Positions 19,217-28,209 of a DNA stretch of 43,029 nt are shown here, piece by piece; position 1 is the stretch's first letter; every line of letters starts with the position of its first letter. The stretch lies in NCBI GenBank assembly GCA_033901515.1, contig GCA_033901515.1_4984.1; one strand, given 5' to 3'. The notes below the pieces were generated by a model, which searched no databases, had not been told where the DNA came from, and saw nothing but the letters and a program-made list of their open reading frames with translations. The stretch comes from Escherichia coli. GTDB taxonomy: Bacteria; Pseudomonadota; Gammaproteobacteria; Enterobacterales; Enterobacteriaceae. Position numbers and translations under genes: made by a program.

Positions 19217-20236
19217 TCAGACTTTAGTGGTGAAGGTGAACTTAGTCACTGCCGCTGTATCTGGACGACGCAGGCCGATGTTGTACATCGCGTAGCAGTC
19301 CAGAACGTTGTTGAACTCGCGCTGGTCATCCCAGATACGAGAAGTGAACGGCTTAGCCTCTACCGTCACCAGGGTCTTGGACTTGCTGAAAGTTACCATG
19401 CGGCACTTCGCATCATCAGCGGTAACGGTGTAAGCCGAACCCAGCGGGTGCGTACCAGCTTCGGTCGGGAACTCAGTGCACTCTACTACCGGCACACCAT
19501 TCATCTTCACAACTCGGCGATTCTTATAGCCATCGTCGTTAGTTGCGCCGAACTCAATATTCAACAGCTTCGGATGTTCCAGCAGGCGCGAGTAGGTATC
19601 AACGTCCACCAGAGTAATCATATCCATCAGCGGAGTCTTACGCTTAATGAGCTCATCAATACCGGCCTTGTGTGCCAGGTTGATGTTCATTGCGTTAGCT
19701 TCCATCTCCGCCTGGGTCAGCTGTTTATCCGGCGTACTGCCTGCTACCAGGATAGAGGCCCCGACTTCGATACCGTCGTTGAAGGCAGGTTTCAGGTGCG
19801 CAGGTGCAACCCAGGAACGACCCTTGATGAGCTGAATCAGGTGCGCCTGGTCGAACGTCTCCGCGAACTCAGAACCGTTGTTCTGACCCATCTCAGAGAG
19901 GAAGTCCGGACCTGTCCAGTCGTCTTGATAATCGATTGGGTTACGGATGTACAGCACGGTATCCACCACGATAATCATCTTATCGTTACGGACCGGGGTG
20001 CTGTCCAGCGCCTCACCAGAACGACGACCCTTCACCGCAGAGGTATTCAGGCGATCAATACGGTAGGTGTTAGAGCCGCTGATAGAACGCTGGCTGGATA
20101 GGCCCAGGAACAGTGCCTGATACTGGAAGCGGGTATCCACCTCATTCTGGTACACTTCCAGGTGAATATCGACGTCAGACGCCGCGCCACCCCAATGCGG
20201 ACGAGTGTCACCAGCTTTGTAAATAGTATCTGCCAT
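19217..20236 (-). CDS. Major capsid protein (gp10-like)
   Basis: 339 aa (T7 gp10A is 345 aa); RBS AAGGAAAG; lies between scaffold and terminator as in T7. Confidence 0.8.
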   Translation of the reverse strand: MADTIYKAGDTRPHWGGAASDVDIHLEVYQNEVDTRFQYQALFLGLSSQRSISGSNTYRIDRLNTSAVKGRRSGEALDSTPVRNDKMIIVVDTVLYIRNPIDYQDDWTGPDFLSEMGQNNGSEFAETFDQAHLIQLIKGRSWVAPAHLKPAFNDGIEVGASILVAGSTPDKQLTQAEMEANAMNINLAHKAGIDELIKRKTPLMDMITLVDVDTYSRLLEHPKLLNIEFGATNDDGYKNRRVVKMNGVPVVECTEFPTEAGTHPLGSAYTVTADDAKCRMVTFSKSKTLVTVEAKPFTSRIWDDQREFNNVLDCYAMYNIGLRRPDTAAVTKFTFTTKV

Positions 20237-20260
20237 ATATTACTTTCCTTTTAAATGATA

Positions 20261-21133
20261 TTAAAGACCTACGCGTTTACCAGCTTCGCGGCGTGCGAGT
20301 AAATCATGATAACGTTGACTAAACTGCTTGGATTCCAGGCTTCGGTTCCCAGCTTCCTGGCGCAGCTTAGCGTATTCTACTTTGAAGTCCGCAGCGGACA
20401 ATGCGTTGTTACCAGGGACCCCACGTACCAATGGGTTTGTGGTCTTAATAAGACCCATATCGCGGCAGTAACCTGCCACCAACTCTGCTGCCTGTTTAAG
20501 CTCACCAGAATCAGCCAGGACTCGTGCAGCCTTACGCAGGGGTTCTGGGGCCTTGGAATTAAACAGCTGCGCTGCTACCTCCCAATTCTCCTTACCGCCT
20601 ACCAAGTCATACGCTTCCTGTACAGCCTTAGTAGCCTGGCCCACCTGGTCTTCAAGGTACGCCTTAGCTAGCAGCTCTGCATATGCAGCATGCTCACCGA
20701 AGCGCTCTTTGATGAAGGCCGTATCGATTAGGTTAGGATCCTGATACTCCAGGGCCTTACCTAGTGCCCGCACCATATCCGAGTCAGTTAACCCAGAGAC
20801 TTGCTTCAACATGGCTACACCGGCATCAATTGTCGGGTTGCCTGTTTGGGCCAGCTCCTGGGGCTGCTCTTTGGTGCTATCGCCACCCTTGTCATTAAGG
20901 GCCGCTTTTAGGGCTTCGATATCCAGAGGAATCTGCGCTGGGGCTGCTGGTGGAACTACTGCAGATGCAGGGGAATCTGTGCCCTGTTGCTGCTGCGTAG
21001 AGATCTGTGCATCCTGCACGCCCTGATTATTGGGGACGTTCAGAGGCGCACCTAGGCCCGGAATCTTAGGGCCTCCTTGGTTCTCTACTTGGGTAGTTGT
21101 TACGTTAGTTTGAGTGGTTTCTACACCGTCCAT
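20261..21133 (-). CDS. Scaffolding protein (gp9-like)
   Basis: 290 aa; acidic, Gln/Ala-rich, low complexity; between portal and capsid. Confidence 0.65.
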   Translation of the reverse strand: MDGVETTQTNVTTTQVENQGGPKIPGLGAPLNVPNNQGVQDAQISTQQQQGTDSPASAVVPPAAPAQIPLDIEALKAALNDKGGDSTKEQPQELAQTGNPTIDAGVAMLKQVSGLTDSDMVRALGKALEYQDPNLIDTAFIKERFGEHAAYAELLAKAYLEDQVGQATKAVQEAYDLVGGKENWEVAAQLFNSKAPEPLRKAARVLADSGELKQAAELVAGYCRDMGLIKTTNPLVRGVPGNNALSAADFKVEYAKLRQEAGNRSLESKQFSQRYHDLLARREAGKRVGL

Positions 21134-21147
21134 TTATACCTCTGTTG

Positions 21148-22743
21148 TTAGCCCGGTAACAGGCCTAGTTGTTGTCCTGCTACGGTAGGATCCGCTGCCT
21201 GGAGATCTTGTACCTGAGACTGTGCTTGTGCTGCTGATGCCGCCGCTGCATTATCTTGAACTTGCTGCTTCTCTTGCAGTTGCTCTTCTGTGAGCATGAA
21301 CGGTCCACTTACAATACCGTATGCATCCAAGTACCAATCTACGCATGCATCCTCATTAAAGCGGGGAGTAAGCTGTTTGAGCACAGGAATAGCCAGCTGC
21401 ATAGCCTGGGTAGCTTCTAGCAGTTTATCTGCTGCTGCTGCTTTAGCTAGTGCTGCAGTACCTACCATCACGTTGATATCCACTACACCCTCGGTGAGGT
21501 ACACCTTGAACTTAGGATATGCCACGATAGTATACAGGTACGCGAGCTTACGCAGCCAGGAGTTGCTGAGGATGCTGAATCCACCACCCATAGCGTACTC
21601 TGCCTCTTTAGCATTCTGACGAATCTCATAAGCAGTTACACGCTCACCCTGTCGAGCATTGCCGGTGTACATAAACGCACGAGCCAGTTTCTGCTCAAGC
21701 ACCTGAATGTCGCTAGCAATCCACTGAATCTTTTGAGCTGCACCACCCTCGTAAGCTGTTACAGGGGACTTGGTGTTACCATTACTACCACCACCACCAA
21801 CCTGTACGGCCTCACCAGTCTCGGCTTGAGAGAACTCGTCCACATCCAGTCCAGAACTAGCATCGACCATAGGGATAAGGCGTGAAGCCTCAATCTCGTA
21901 GTTGGTCAACGCTTCGGTCAGCACAGACAGTCGCGCAAAGTCGCCCGCATAGTCTTCCACCAGACCGCGTCCGTAGTGTTCACCGTTAACCAGGTTCCAC
22001 ACCAATACGTTATACGGAAGTTCCAGCTCAGGGTAGGTGCTGCTCTCGCCTAGGCGACGGCCATCAACTTCTTGATACACCTCATAGCTTACTGCTTCTT
22101 CTCCATTTGGAAGGTGCTTAATCTTACGACAAGCGGCAGTGTAGATATCAATGTCGCTGTATGGGTCTCGACCATTGTAGTGTGCTTTTTGAATGTCTTC
22201 TGGGAGGTCCTGGATGCTGGCGCGCTCTTTGATAATGAGTCGCAGCACGTTCCCGCTACCATCCCTTCGAACGGTAAAGTTACGGACCGAGTAGATAATA
22301 GACTTCCCGGTTCTTTCATCGATGTACTCCAATGCGTTCCCGGTGATAAGCAGCAACTTCACAGCTTGAAGCTTAGCGGCATACCCATCCTTCTCGAATA
22401 CCTTCTGAGAGGCAGTATTCTCTACCTCGGATAAACGGGATTCTGCAGTGCTAGAACTTCCTAGGCTACTAATAAAGTTGTCAAGGGCTGCACTCTTAGA
22501 GAACCGGAAGAAGCTAGTGCCTTGTGGGAACAACGCCCCTACAATTTTAGTCGCTGCAGTATTGACTAGCTGAGCACCTGTACTCTGATAGTCTCGACTA
22601 AGCTGCATGCGTCGCCCATCAGTGTAAAGCTCTCGGGTAAAGATTGTAGGTAGCGTCCACTCAGCAAATTTCTCTGACGCATCCAGTACGCCAGCATCCT
22701 GATCCCCCAGGAACAGCTCTGCTAATGTCTTTTTATAGTCCAA
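21148..22743 (-). CDS. Portal / head-tail connector protein (gp8-like)
   Basis: 531 aa (T7 gp8 is 536 aa); apparent TTG start at 22741-22743 with strong RBS AAGGAGGAAG; no in-frame ATG in the first ~60 codons. Confidence 0.8.
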   Translation of the reverse strand: MDYKKTLAELFLGDQDAGVLDASEKFAEWTLPTIFTRELYTDGRRMQLSRDYQSTGAQLVNTAATKIVGALFPQGTSFFRFSKSAALDNFISSLGSSSTAESRLSEVENTASQKVFEKDGYAAKLQAVKLLLITGNALEYIDERTGKSIIYSVRNFTVRRDGSGNVLRLIIKERASIQDLPEDIQKAHYNGRDPYSDIDIYTAACRKIKHLPNGEEAVSYEVYQEVDGRRLGESSTYPELELPYNVLVWNLVNGEHYGRGLVEDYAGDFARLSVLTEALTNYEIEASRLIPMVDASSGLDVDEFSQAETGEAVQVGGGGSNGNTKSPVTAYEGGAAQKIQWIASDIQVLEQKLARAFMYTGNARQGERVTAYEIRQNAKEAEYAMGGGFSILSNSWLRKLAYLYTIVAYPKFKVYLTEGVVDINVMVGTAALAKAAAADKLLEATQAMQLAIPVLKQLTPRFNEDACVDWYLDAYGIVSGPFMLTEEQLQEKQQVQDNAAAASAAQAQSQVQDLQAADPTVAGQQLGLLPG

Positions 22744-22752
22744 GCTTCCTCC

Positions 22753-23016
22753 TTACAGACCCAGGGGATTGCTCTGCCCTGCCTGTCGCCGTTTCTTCTG
22801 CTCAGACGTAATTGCATCTGCAGATGCAGAGGCCGCGCCGGATGGGTCTACCTCTGCAATATTATCAGCTGCGCTGTTAGCCCCTAAGGCTGCCTGCTGT
22901 TTTGCTGCTTCAGCCTGCTGCTCAGCCATGCGCTGCTGTTGCTCTAATCCTTCATTATCAGTAAGGCCGAGCATATCCGTGGCCTTACCTAATAGTTTAC
23001 CTAATCCACCACTCAT
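22753..23016 (-). CDS. Hypothetical protein (87 aa, Gln/Ala-rich)
   Basis: ATG 23014-23016, RBS GAGG; overlaps upstream stop as ATGA. Confidence 0.5.
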   Translation of the reverse strand: MSGGLGKLLGKATDMLGLTDNEGLEQQQRMAEQQAEAAKQQAALGANSAADNIAEVDPSGAASASADAITSEQKKRRQAGQSNPLGL

Positions 23017-23453
23017 TTTGACCTCACTAAATGATAAGTTGTTTTATACGTGTTCGGAGATACCCCACGACTTATAGCTATACGTCCAGCTCGCAGGCAC
23101 TCAGCCAGTATGTGCAGCCCCTTCATAACTACAGTCATTGCTCCACTATTCCCCGGTTTCAGTACGAAGAAGTCTGTGAACAATACGGGTTCTGCATAAT
23201 GGCAGTCCTTTACAGCTTCTGGGTAGTAACTGACAGCACCAACTAAACCACCTTGGGAGTCATAGACTCCTAGTATATGCTGTTTACCTAGTATACTTTC
23301 CAGTACTCTACAGTAGTGTTGCTCCAGGGACAGGCCCCGACTAATGCCGTGGCCTAGTTCGTGCAGTTGCTTCACTGCGTCTGTAATATCGTCAGACTTA
23401 TGCAGAACCTTGAGAGTATAGTCGGAAGTTTTACTAGTGTGTTTTAACTTCAT
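23013..23453 (-). CDS. Hypothetical protein (146 aa), first gene after the RNAP block
   Basis: I prefer ATG 23451-23453 (MKLKHTSK...) preceded by GGAGTAGGA; the tool start at 23516 would overlap the upstream gene by 40 nt. Confidence 0.5.
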   Translation of the reverse strand: MKLKHTSKTSDYTLKVLHKSDDITDAVKQLHELGHGISRGLSLEQHYCRVLESILGKQHILGVYDSQGGLVGAVSYYPEAVKDCHYAEPVLFTDFFVLKPGNSGAMTVVMKGLHILAECLRAGRIAISRGVSPNTYKTTYHLVRSK

Positions 23454-23475
23454 TCCTACTCCTGTAACATTAAAT
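23454..23475 (-). promoter_or_regulatory. Conserved 17-bp motif also present in the terminal repeat; candidate phage promoter or end-related site
   Basis: Plus 23454-23470 tcctactcctgtaacat is identical to plus 16-32 and 42968-42984; minus strand reads ATGTTACAGGAGTAGGA immediately before the ATG at 23453. Confidence 0.4.
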
Positions 23476-23476
23476 T

Positions 23477-23815
23477 TTAGTAGGGTGCCCAAACCGGTAT
23501 ACCGGCCTTCCTGCACAGTTCAACCATACCGGCGGTGCCTCTTCCTCCAGGAAAGGCGACACAGTATTCTGGAAAGGCTAGGGATATCATAGCGGCGTTC
23601 CTGCGCATACCTGCAGATTTACCTTGTGCATCCCACAGGGCAGGCATACGCAGAACAAAAATACCAGATTCCAAGGCCCACCTATCTGCCAGTGCGTCAG
23701 CTCCCCTGGCATTCCCGTGTATCACTACAGATGGTTTGTTGGGTAGCATATCCATTGCGGTCTTTAGCGCTAAGTAGTCTGTGTAATCGCGCCCGCCTGT
23801 TACTAGTACTCGCAT
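23477..23815 (-). CDS. SLOG/LOG-like Rossmann-fold nucleotide-binding protein (DUF2493-like)
   Basis: 112 aa; VLVTGGRDYTDY, GNARGADALADRWA and FPGGRGTAGMVE resemble SLOG superfamily signatures (LOG PGGxGTxxE-like). From memory, not verified by search. Confidence 0.45.
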   Translation of the reverse strand: MRVLVTGGRDYTDYLALKTAMDMLPNKPSVVIHGNARGADALADRWALESGIFVLRMPALWDAQGKSAGMRRNAAMISLAFPEYCVAFPGGRGTAGMVELCRKAGIPVWAPY

Positions 23816-23824
23816 ACAATACTC

Positions 23825-26293
23825 TCAGCAGAAGAAGAACGGAGATTCTAGCACTTGCCGGATGTCCAGAGTACCAACCGCAGGCATATCCAGGTCCGTC
23901 AGGTCTGCCCCCGCTGCAGCAGCAGCTCTAGTAATATCTCCCAGAAGGTCGTGCTCCTCATACAGCTTCACAAACTGTTCGCGGATGTGTCGGTGCAGAG
24001 CATCAACATCGGATGCATGAGTAGCCAAGGAGTCGTGAATAGGCACAATATCAAGTCCCTCCGCCGCGCAGAGTACCATCATCAAGTGCGTACTATCCAG
24101 ACTGTGCACAAAGTTCGGAGCGATCCCAGAGGCTGCCTTGCGCTTATTACACGTTTTAAAATCACGGTTATGCACCAGTACAGCGGATAGGTTCATACAG
24201 TCAATACGGACACGTACCTCTTCCCTCTGAGAGTACCGGTTCATCACCAGCCCGCCCAGCGGGGTCTTCCACTGCAGGTGCTGGCTAGCAGGTACGCGCC
24301 TAGCTAGATTCTGCAGATACCCCATAGCTGCGGCAGCTGCCGGGTTAGCTTCCTCAATAGCGCTACGCATTCTAGGGGCAAGGTAGCAGGATAAGTTCCA
24401 GAGACTGTGCGTGTCTGTTCCTTCATACCCCTCTTCACAGGCCCCTGCAAAGATGTAGTCGCTGCAGCTGCGCACCGTGGCGCTGTAGAAGTAGGTCATG
24501 CTAGGACGCTTGGTCATGCTTCGCGTGATTTCGTTCTCTCTCCAGTATGTGCTCTGGATAACGAAATCCTCTTTGTCCAGGTCCAGTATCACCTTCTCGT
24601 CCGTACGGCGCTTCACGTCCATATACAGGTCCGCTTTCTTGTCGTTACCCTCCCAGTACAGGTTAGTCAGGCGCCCGCCTACAGGGTCTCTCAGGAGCGC
24701 TGAGAGGTGCTGACCACCTGAGTTTGTAGCATCCATAGCAACTGGGATTCGGCTAATATACTCTTCTGGGCATCCAGAACGTACCGCATTAACCAAGTCA
24801 ATAGCGGCTGCCAGGAAGCACCAAGGGCTGTCGGCGGAGGTAAAAGCAGGGCAATCAAAAGGAGAATCCGCGAGCTGCTCAATCTCTGCAAAGTTTGCAT
24901 CAACCCAAGCTGCACGGTCTTCGAATAGGGTTTTGTCATAACCAAAGCAGGTAGCGACGTGCACTTTAAGCCAGAATAACCCCCTCTCTCCCAGAGGTTT
25001 ACCTCGTCCGAATTCAAGAAGTGCCTTCTGCAAATCAGAACCTTGTGGGTGCAGAGAGGACTTGAAGTACAGCCGGTACCGCCAATCCACACAGGTTGGG
25101 AAGTACAAGGCTTTCTCATCTTTGAATTCCTCTGCCATCTCTAGCGTGGTCAATAGGCTACGTAGTTGCGACACACGTTTACGGTCGGCGCTGTACCATA
25201 AGGACATACGCGTCTTCCACTCTCCGAAGCGGTCGAGTTCCTCCTCGGTGTAATTCTCTTTTGGTACACCATCTAAGTACCACTCAGGTTTCGGCTCTGG
25301 CACTGAGCGCGGCATACCTACACCAATACCTAAGGCCCGTGCTTCTTGTACCAGTTCCAGTACTCGCTTATTAATGCGATAAGGAGTTTCCTGCGCCTTA
25401 TTAAGTGCCTTCTTGATACCGTCCGCAGACTTAAATGCTTCCGCTACTTCACGCAGTCTGGCGCGGTCAATGTGCGAGTTGTGGTACGTCCCACGGTTAT
25501 CGATTGGGGTGAGGTATCCACCATCCCACAGTGTAGTATGCGACACCGGCGGTACCAGCATCGGAGGCTTCATAGTTACAGTATCAGCAGATTCCACTAA
25601 CTGCTGAAATGCTTCCATAACATTATCTGCGGGATAGAGCATACTCAAGTTCCCGCTACCAGTCTTCCACTGGAACAGCCCTGTCTCAAACACTGCGGAA
25701 CACAGCAGACGTCCCACAGAAATATTCTGAGCGTTGGTCCAAGGCTCATGCCCATAGTGCACGTTCTCAGCGCTGGCGCGGAGCGTACGCAGAATGTGCG
25801 TAGGCGACTTAGTACGGCGCTCAGTGAGGTATTCATATACCCGGTCCATATACGCTGGGGCAACATTACGTAGCTGCAATGCCAGCAGCTCTGATTGTAC
25901 GTTCCTACCCAGTGCAGACATTACCGCCTGAGCAGTCTGGCGGCGACTAGCGGACTCGCCAGGGGCAACACTGAACGCCTCAAACATTGTGCACAGGCTC
26001 AGGGTAGTCAGGACATCCAAGGGAACTAAGCGCAAGAACCGGCGGTACTTTCCGCCAATACCTGGGGCTTTGGTGTTTCGCATTTCATCAATAGCTGTAG
26101 AGGCCACGTCATACGCAGAGGTGAGCATGCGCTGAGTCATTGGCAGGTTCATAATCCCGCCGTTCTGCAGAGCATCAGTAATTAACTTACGAGCACGCTC
26201 AATACCTCGAATTTTATAGGTCTCTTCAAGCTCCAGCTGGCGCTGCACCAGTGCTTCCTCTGGTACTACAACCGTATTCAGGGCGCTAATCAT
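23825..26293 (-). CDS. Single-subunit DNA-dependent RNA polymerase (T7 RNAP family)
   Basis: 822 aa; PVAMDATNSGGQHLSALLRD aligns with T7 RNAP [20 protein letters not shown] (catalytic Asp); IVPIHDSLATH aligns with T7 HDSFGT (second catalytic Asp); RBS AAGGAG. Confidence 0.9.
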   Translation of the reverse strand: MISALNTVVVPEEALVQRQLELEETYKIRGIERARKLITDALQNGGIMNLPMTQRMLTSAYDVASTAIDEMRNTKAPGIGGKYRRFLRLVPLDVLTTLSLCTMFEAFSVAPGESASRRQTAQAVMSALGRNVQSELLALQLRNVAPAYMDRVYEYLTERRTKSPTHILRTLRASAENVHYGHEPWTNAQNISVGRLLCSAVFETGLFQWKTGSGNLSMLYPADNVMEAFQQLVESADTVTMKPPMLVPPVSHTTLWDGGYLTPIDNRGTYHNSHIDRARLREVAEAFKSADGIKKALNKAQETPYRINKRVLELVQEARALGIGVGMPRSVPEPKPEWYLDGVPKENYTEEELDRFGEWKTRMSLWYSADRKRVSQLRSLLTTLEMAEEFKDEKALYFPTCVDWRYRLYFKSSLHPQGSDLQKALLEFGRGKPLGERGLFWLKVHVATCFGYDKTLFEDRAAWVDANFAEIEQLADSPFDCPAFTSADSPWCFLAAAIDLVNAVRSGCPEEYISRIPVAMDATNSGGQHLSALLRDPVGGRLTNLYWEGNDKKADLYMDVKRRTDEKVILDLDKEDFVIQSTYWRENEITRSMTKRPSMTYFYSATVRSCSDYIFAGACEEGYEGTDTHSLWNLSCYLAPRMRSAIEEANPAAAAAMGYLQNLARRVPASQHLQWKTPLGGLVMNRYSQREEVRVRIDCMNLSAVLVHNRDFKTCNKRKAASGIAPNFVHSLDSTHLMMVLCAAEGLDIVPIHDSLATHASDVDALHRHIREQFVKLYEEHDLLGDITRAAAAAGADLTDLDMPAVGTLDIRQVLESPFFFC

Positions 26294-26434
26294 AGGCGCT
26301 TAGTCTCCTTGGTTATGTCCGATATTTCTAACTACTGGTTTCGACTTACCCAGAGATTATACATCGCCAGGTAATCATTAGCGGAGCTTTCGTCGCCCCG
26401 CTCGATTGCTTCTTGCCACATCTTGTGGCACCAC

Positions 26435-26671
26435 TCACTCGGTGTCAATACACTCCCCCTTGTGCTGCTCATACAGCTCTAAGTACTTGTCAGATTTAGC
26501 AATATCCTGCTCTAGCTTATCCTTGTTACCAGCACGGAGTCTGTACTTGAGCCGATTTCCCAGACAGTACCCGTAGAATTGCTCTTGTGTCATGCTGCGG
26601 GCAATCACAGAAATAGCTTCCAAGTCCGGAAAGAATTGGTAGTGTTTAGGCGAATTTACTGCGTCACTCAT
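26435..26671 (-). CDS. DUF3310-like small phage protein
   Basis: 78 aa; SPKHY ... CLGNRLKYRLRAG matches my recollection of the DUF3310 pattern. Confidence 0.5.
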   Translation of the reverse strand: MSDAVNSPKHYQFFPDLEAISVIARSMTQEQFYGYCLGNRLKYRLRAGNKDKLEQDIAKSDKYLELYEQHKGECIDTE

Positions 26672-27090
26672 TTAATAGTCTCCCGCGCTTTACGTCGAGC
26701 TCTGGCCTTGCGTGCCTTGAGCTTCTGTGCCTGTGCCTGTTCTTCCGGCGTCTTATATGTATAGTATAGCATATCCGTCGGTTCCCGGTCTAGGTAGTCG
26801 GCAACCCTACGCAGAGATTCAGCAATAGCCCTAGAAGATTGCATGCTACCAACAATCCAGCGCCCAGCGGCAGATGCCACCTTGCCCTCCCCTCCATTGC
26901 ACGAGCGATGAAGAGCACCCCGAATACGCCCAGTAATATGACAGTGGTCAACGACAACAGAATCACCAGTCACCCCCTTGATCGTGAAGTCCAAAGGTTT
27001 ACCACAAAGGAGGCATATACCTCCCTGGTCTTTGGCAAGTTTAATAGCCACAGAACGAATCTGTGCCCGTGTAATCTTTCTCAAGGTCAC
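26668..27090 (-). CDS. Endonuclease VII (T4 gp49-like junction-resolving enzyme)
   Basis: 140 aa; CLLCGKPL ... DHCHITGRIRGALHRSCNGGEG parallels T4 endo VII CLICQREL ... DHDHELNG..VRGLLCNLCNAAEG; apparent GTG start. Confidence 0.75.
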   Translation of the reverse strand: MTLRKITRAQIRSVAIKLAKDQGGICLLCGKPLDFTIKGVTGDSVVVDHCHITGRIRGALHRSCNGGEGKVASAAGRWIVGSMQSSRAIAESLRRVADYLDREPTDMLYYTYKTPEEQAQAQKLKARKARARRKARETIK

Positions 27091-27284
27091 AGTTCAATCT
27101 CCCCAACTAAATCCAACATAGCATTGTCGTGAATGAGAGAATCCAAATGCTCAACTGTTCTTCGATGTGTTTTGGGTGCTCGTTCACGCAACGCGTCCAG
27201 AATAGTTTCCAGTTCATCATGTTTCCCCTCGTAGTATAACTCAATCGCCCGCAGGCTCATTTCCTTCGCAGACATCTTCGCCAT
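27087..27284 (-). CDS. Hypothetical protein (about 65 aa)
   Basis: I prefer ATG 27282-27284 (MAKMSAKEM...); overlaps the 3' end of the exonuclease gene by about 44 nt. Confidence 0.35.
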   Translation of the reverse strand: MAKMSAKEMSLRAIELYYEGKHDELETILDALRERAPKTHRRTVEHLDSLIHDNAMLDLVGEIEL

Positions 27285-28209
27285 TGTCTGGGTGCTCCTG
27301 TATCCACTGTATGTGCTGTTTATGGTACTCGTGCAGCGACTGCACCCAGTCACGTAGACTGGGAGTAGTCAACAGTGACATCAGATACTGATAGGCAGAA
27401 TCTGATTGGGAGCGCCGCAGGAACAGGCATTCAGCCTCTGCGAGTACATCTTGGTTGTTTCTAGCATAAGCCGCTACAACGAACTCTGCGGCGTCTTGCT
27501 CTGAGGTAATAGGGTAGATAGCATCAAAGGCTGTTCGCTTGCCACAGAGCTTCCCATCAAGCAAGGTGATACCTTTGACGTTATCGGCATCGTCTCCAGC
27601 TAGCATCTGCCACCAGAAGAACTTCAACCCATGCGCTCGTACTGGCATGGCCTGGGTGTCGTCCCACTCAATCCAGCCGAAGGGATCCTTCAGTGCAGGC
27701 CACACTGTACCGGTTGGAATATCAAATCTAGCCATGGGGCTGAGCCAGGAATCTTTATCCTGTGACATCAGAATACCACGTTCTCCGAAAGTGTATGAAT
27801 CCATTACGAACAAGTCATCCGCCTCGAAGAAGTCACTACTAACTACCTGGATACCTTGCTCATAGTACTGGTCTGGATTCTCAATTAAGTGCCGCTTCAA
27901 TGGCGCCTTTAGAGGTAGCTCCTGCCGATTAATGCGCTGCCCCTGGTAGGGCTTAGCCGTAGGGAGGTGCCATCGCAAGCACTTGGCGCATCCCGTAGGT
28001 GTTAGATACGCCACTGCTTCTGAGCAACCAACCAGGAACATATCCTCAAGCACTAGTTGATAGAAGCGGCGTATTGCGGTATCCAGACGTTTCACTGTAG
28101 CAGCGGCTTTGTACACGCAAAAGTCCGCGTCGTACAACAGAATCTTCCCAGCGTTCTGCGGAGCTAACTGCTCTGGGAGCTGGGACAAGTCAACCCCGTT
28201 GATAATCAT
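27241..28209 (-). CDS. 5'-3' exonuclease (T7 gp6 / FEN-like)
   Basis: 322 aa; KILLYDADFCVYKA vs T7 gp6 GILVMDGDWLVFQA; SQDKD vs SCDKD; GDDADN vs GDITDG; RBS GGGGG. Confidence 0.7.
   Translation of the reverse strand: MIINGVDLSQLPEQLAPQNAGKILLYDADFCVYKAAATVKRLDTAIRRFYQLVLEDMFLVGCSEAVAYLTPTGCAKCLRWHLPTAKPYQGQRINRQELPLKAPLKRHLIENPDQYYEQGIQVVSSDFFEADDLFVMDSYTFGERGILMSQDKDSWLSPMARFDIPTGTVWPALKDPFGWIEWDDTQAMPVRAHGLKFFWWQMLAGDDADNVKGITLLDGKLCGKRTAFDAIYPITSEQDAAEFVVAAYARNNQDVLAEAECLFLRRSQSDSAYQYLMSLLTTPSLRDWVQSLHEYHKQHIQWIQEHPDNGEDVCEGNEPAGD

Noticed and set aside
26332-26421. 29-codon ORF (MWQEAIERGDESSANDYLAMYNLWVSRNQ) in the gap upstream of the RNAP gene
   Set aside because: Very short, weak RBS, and overlaps the stop of the upstream gene; cannot be told from chance without comparative data.
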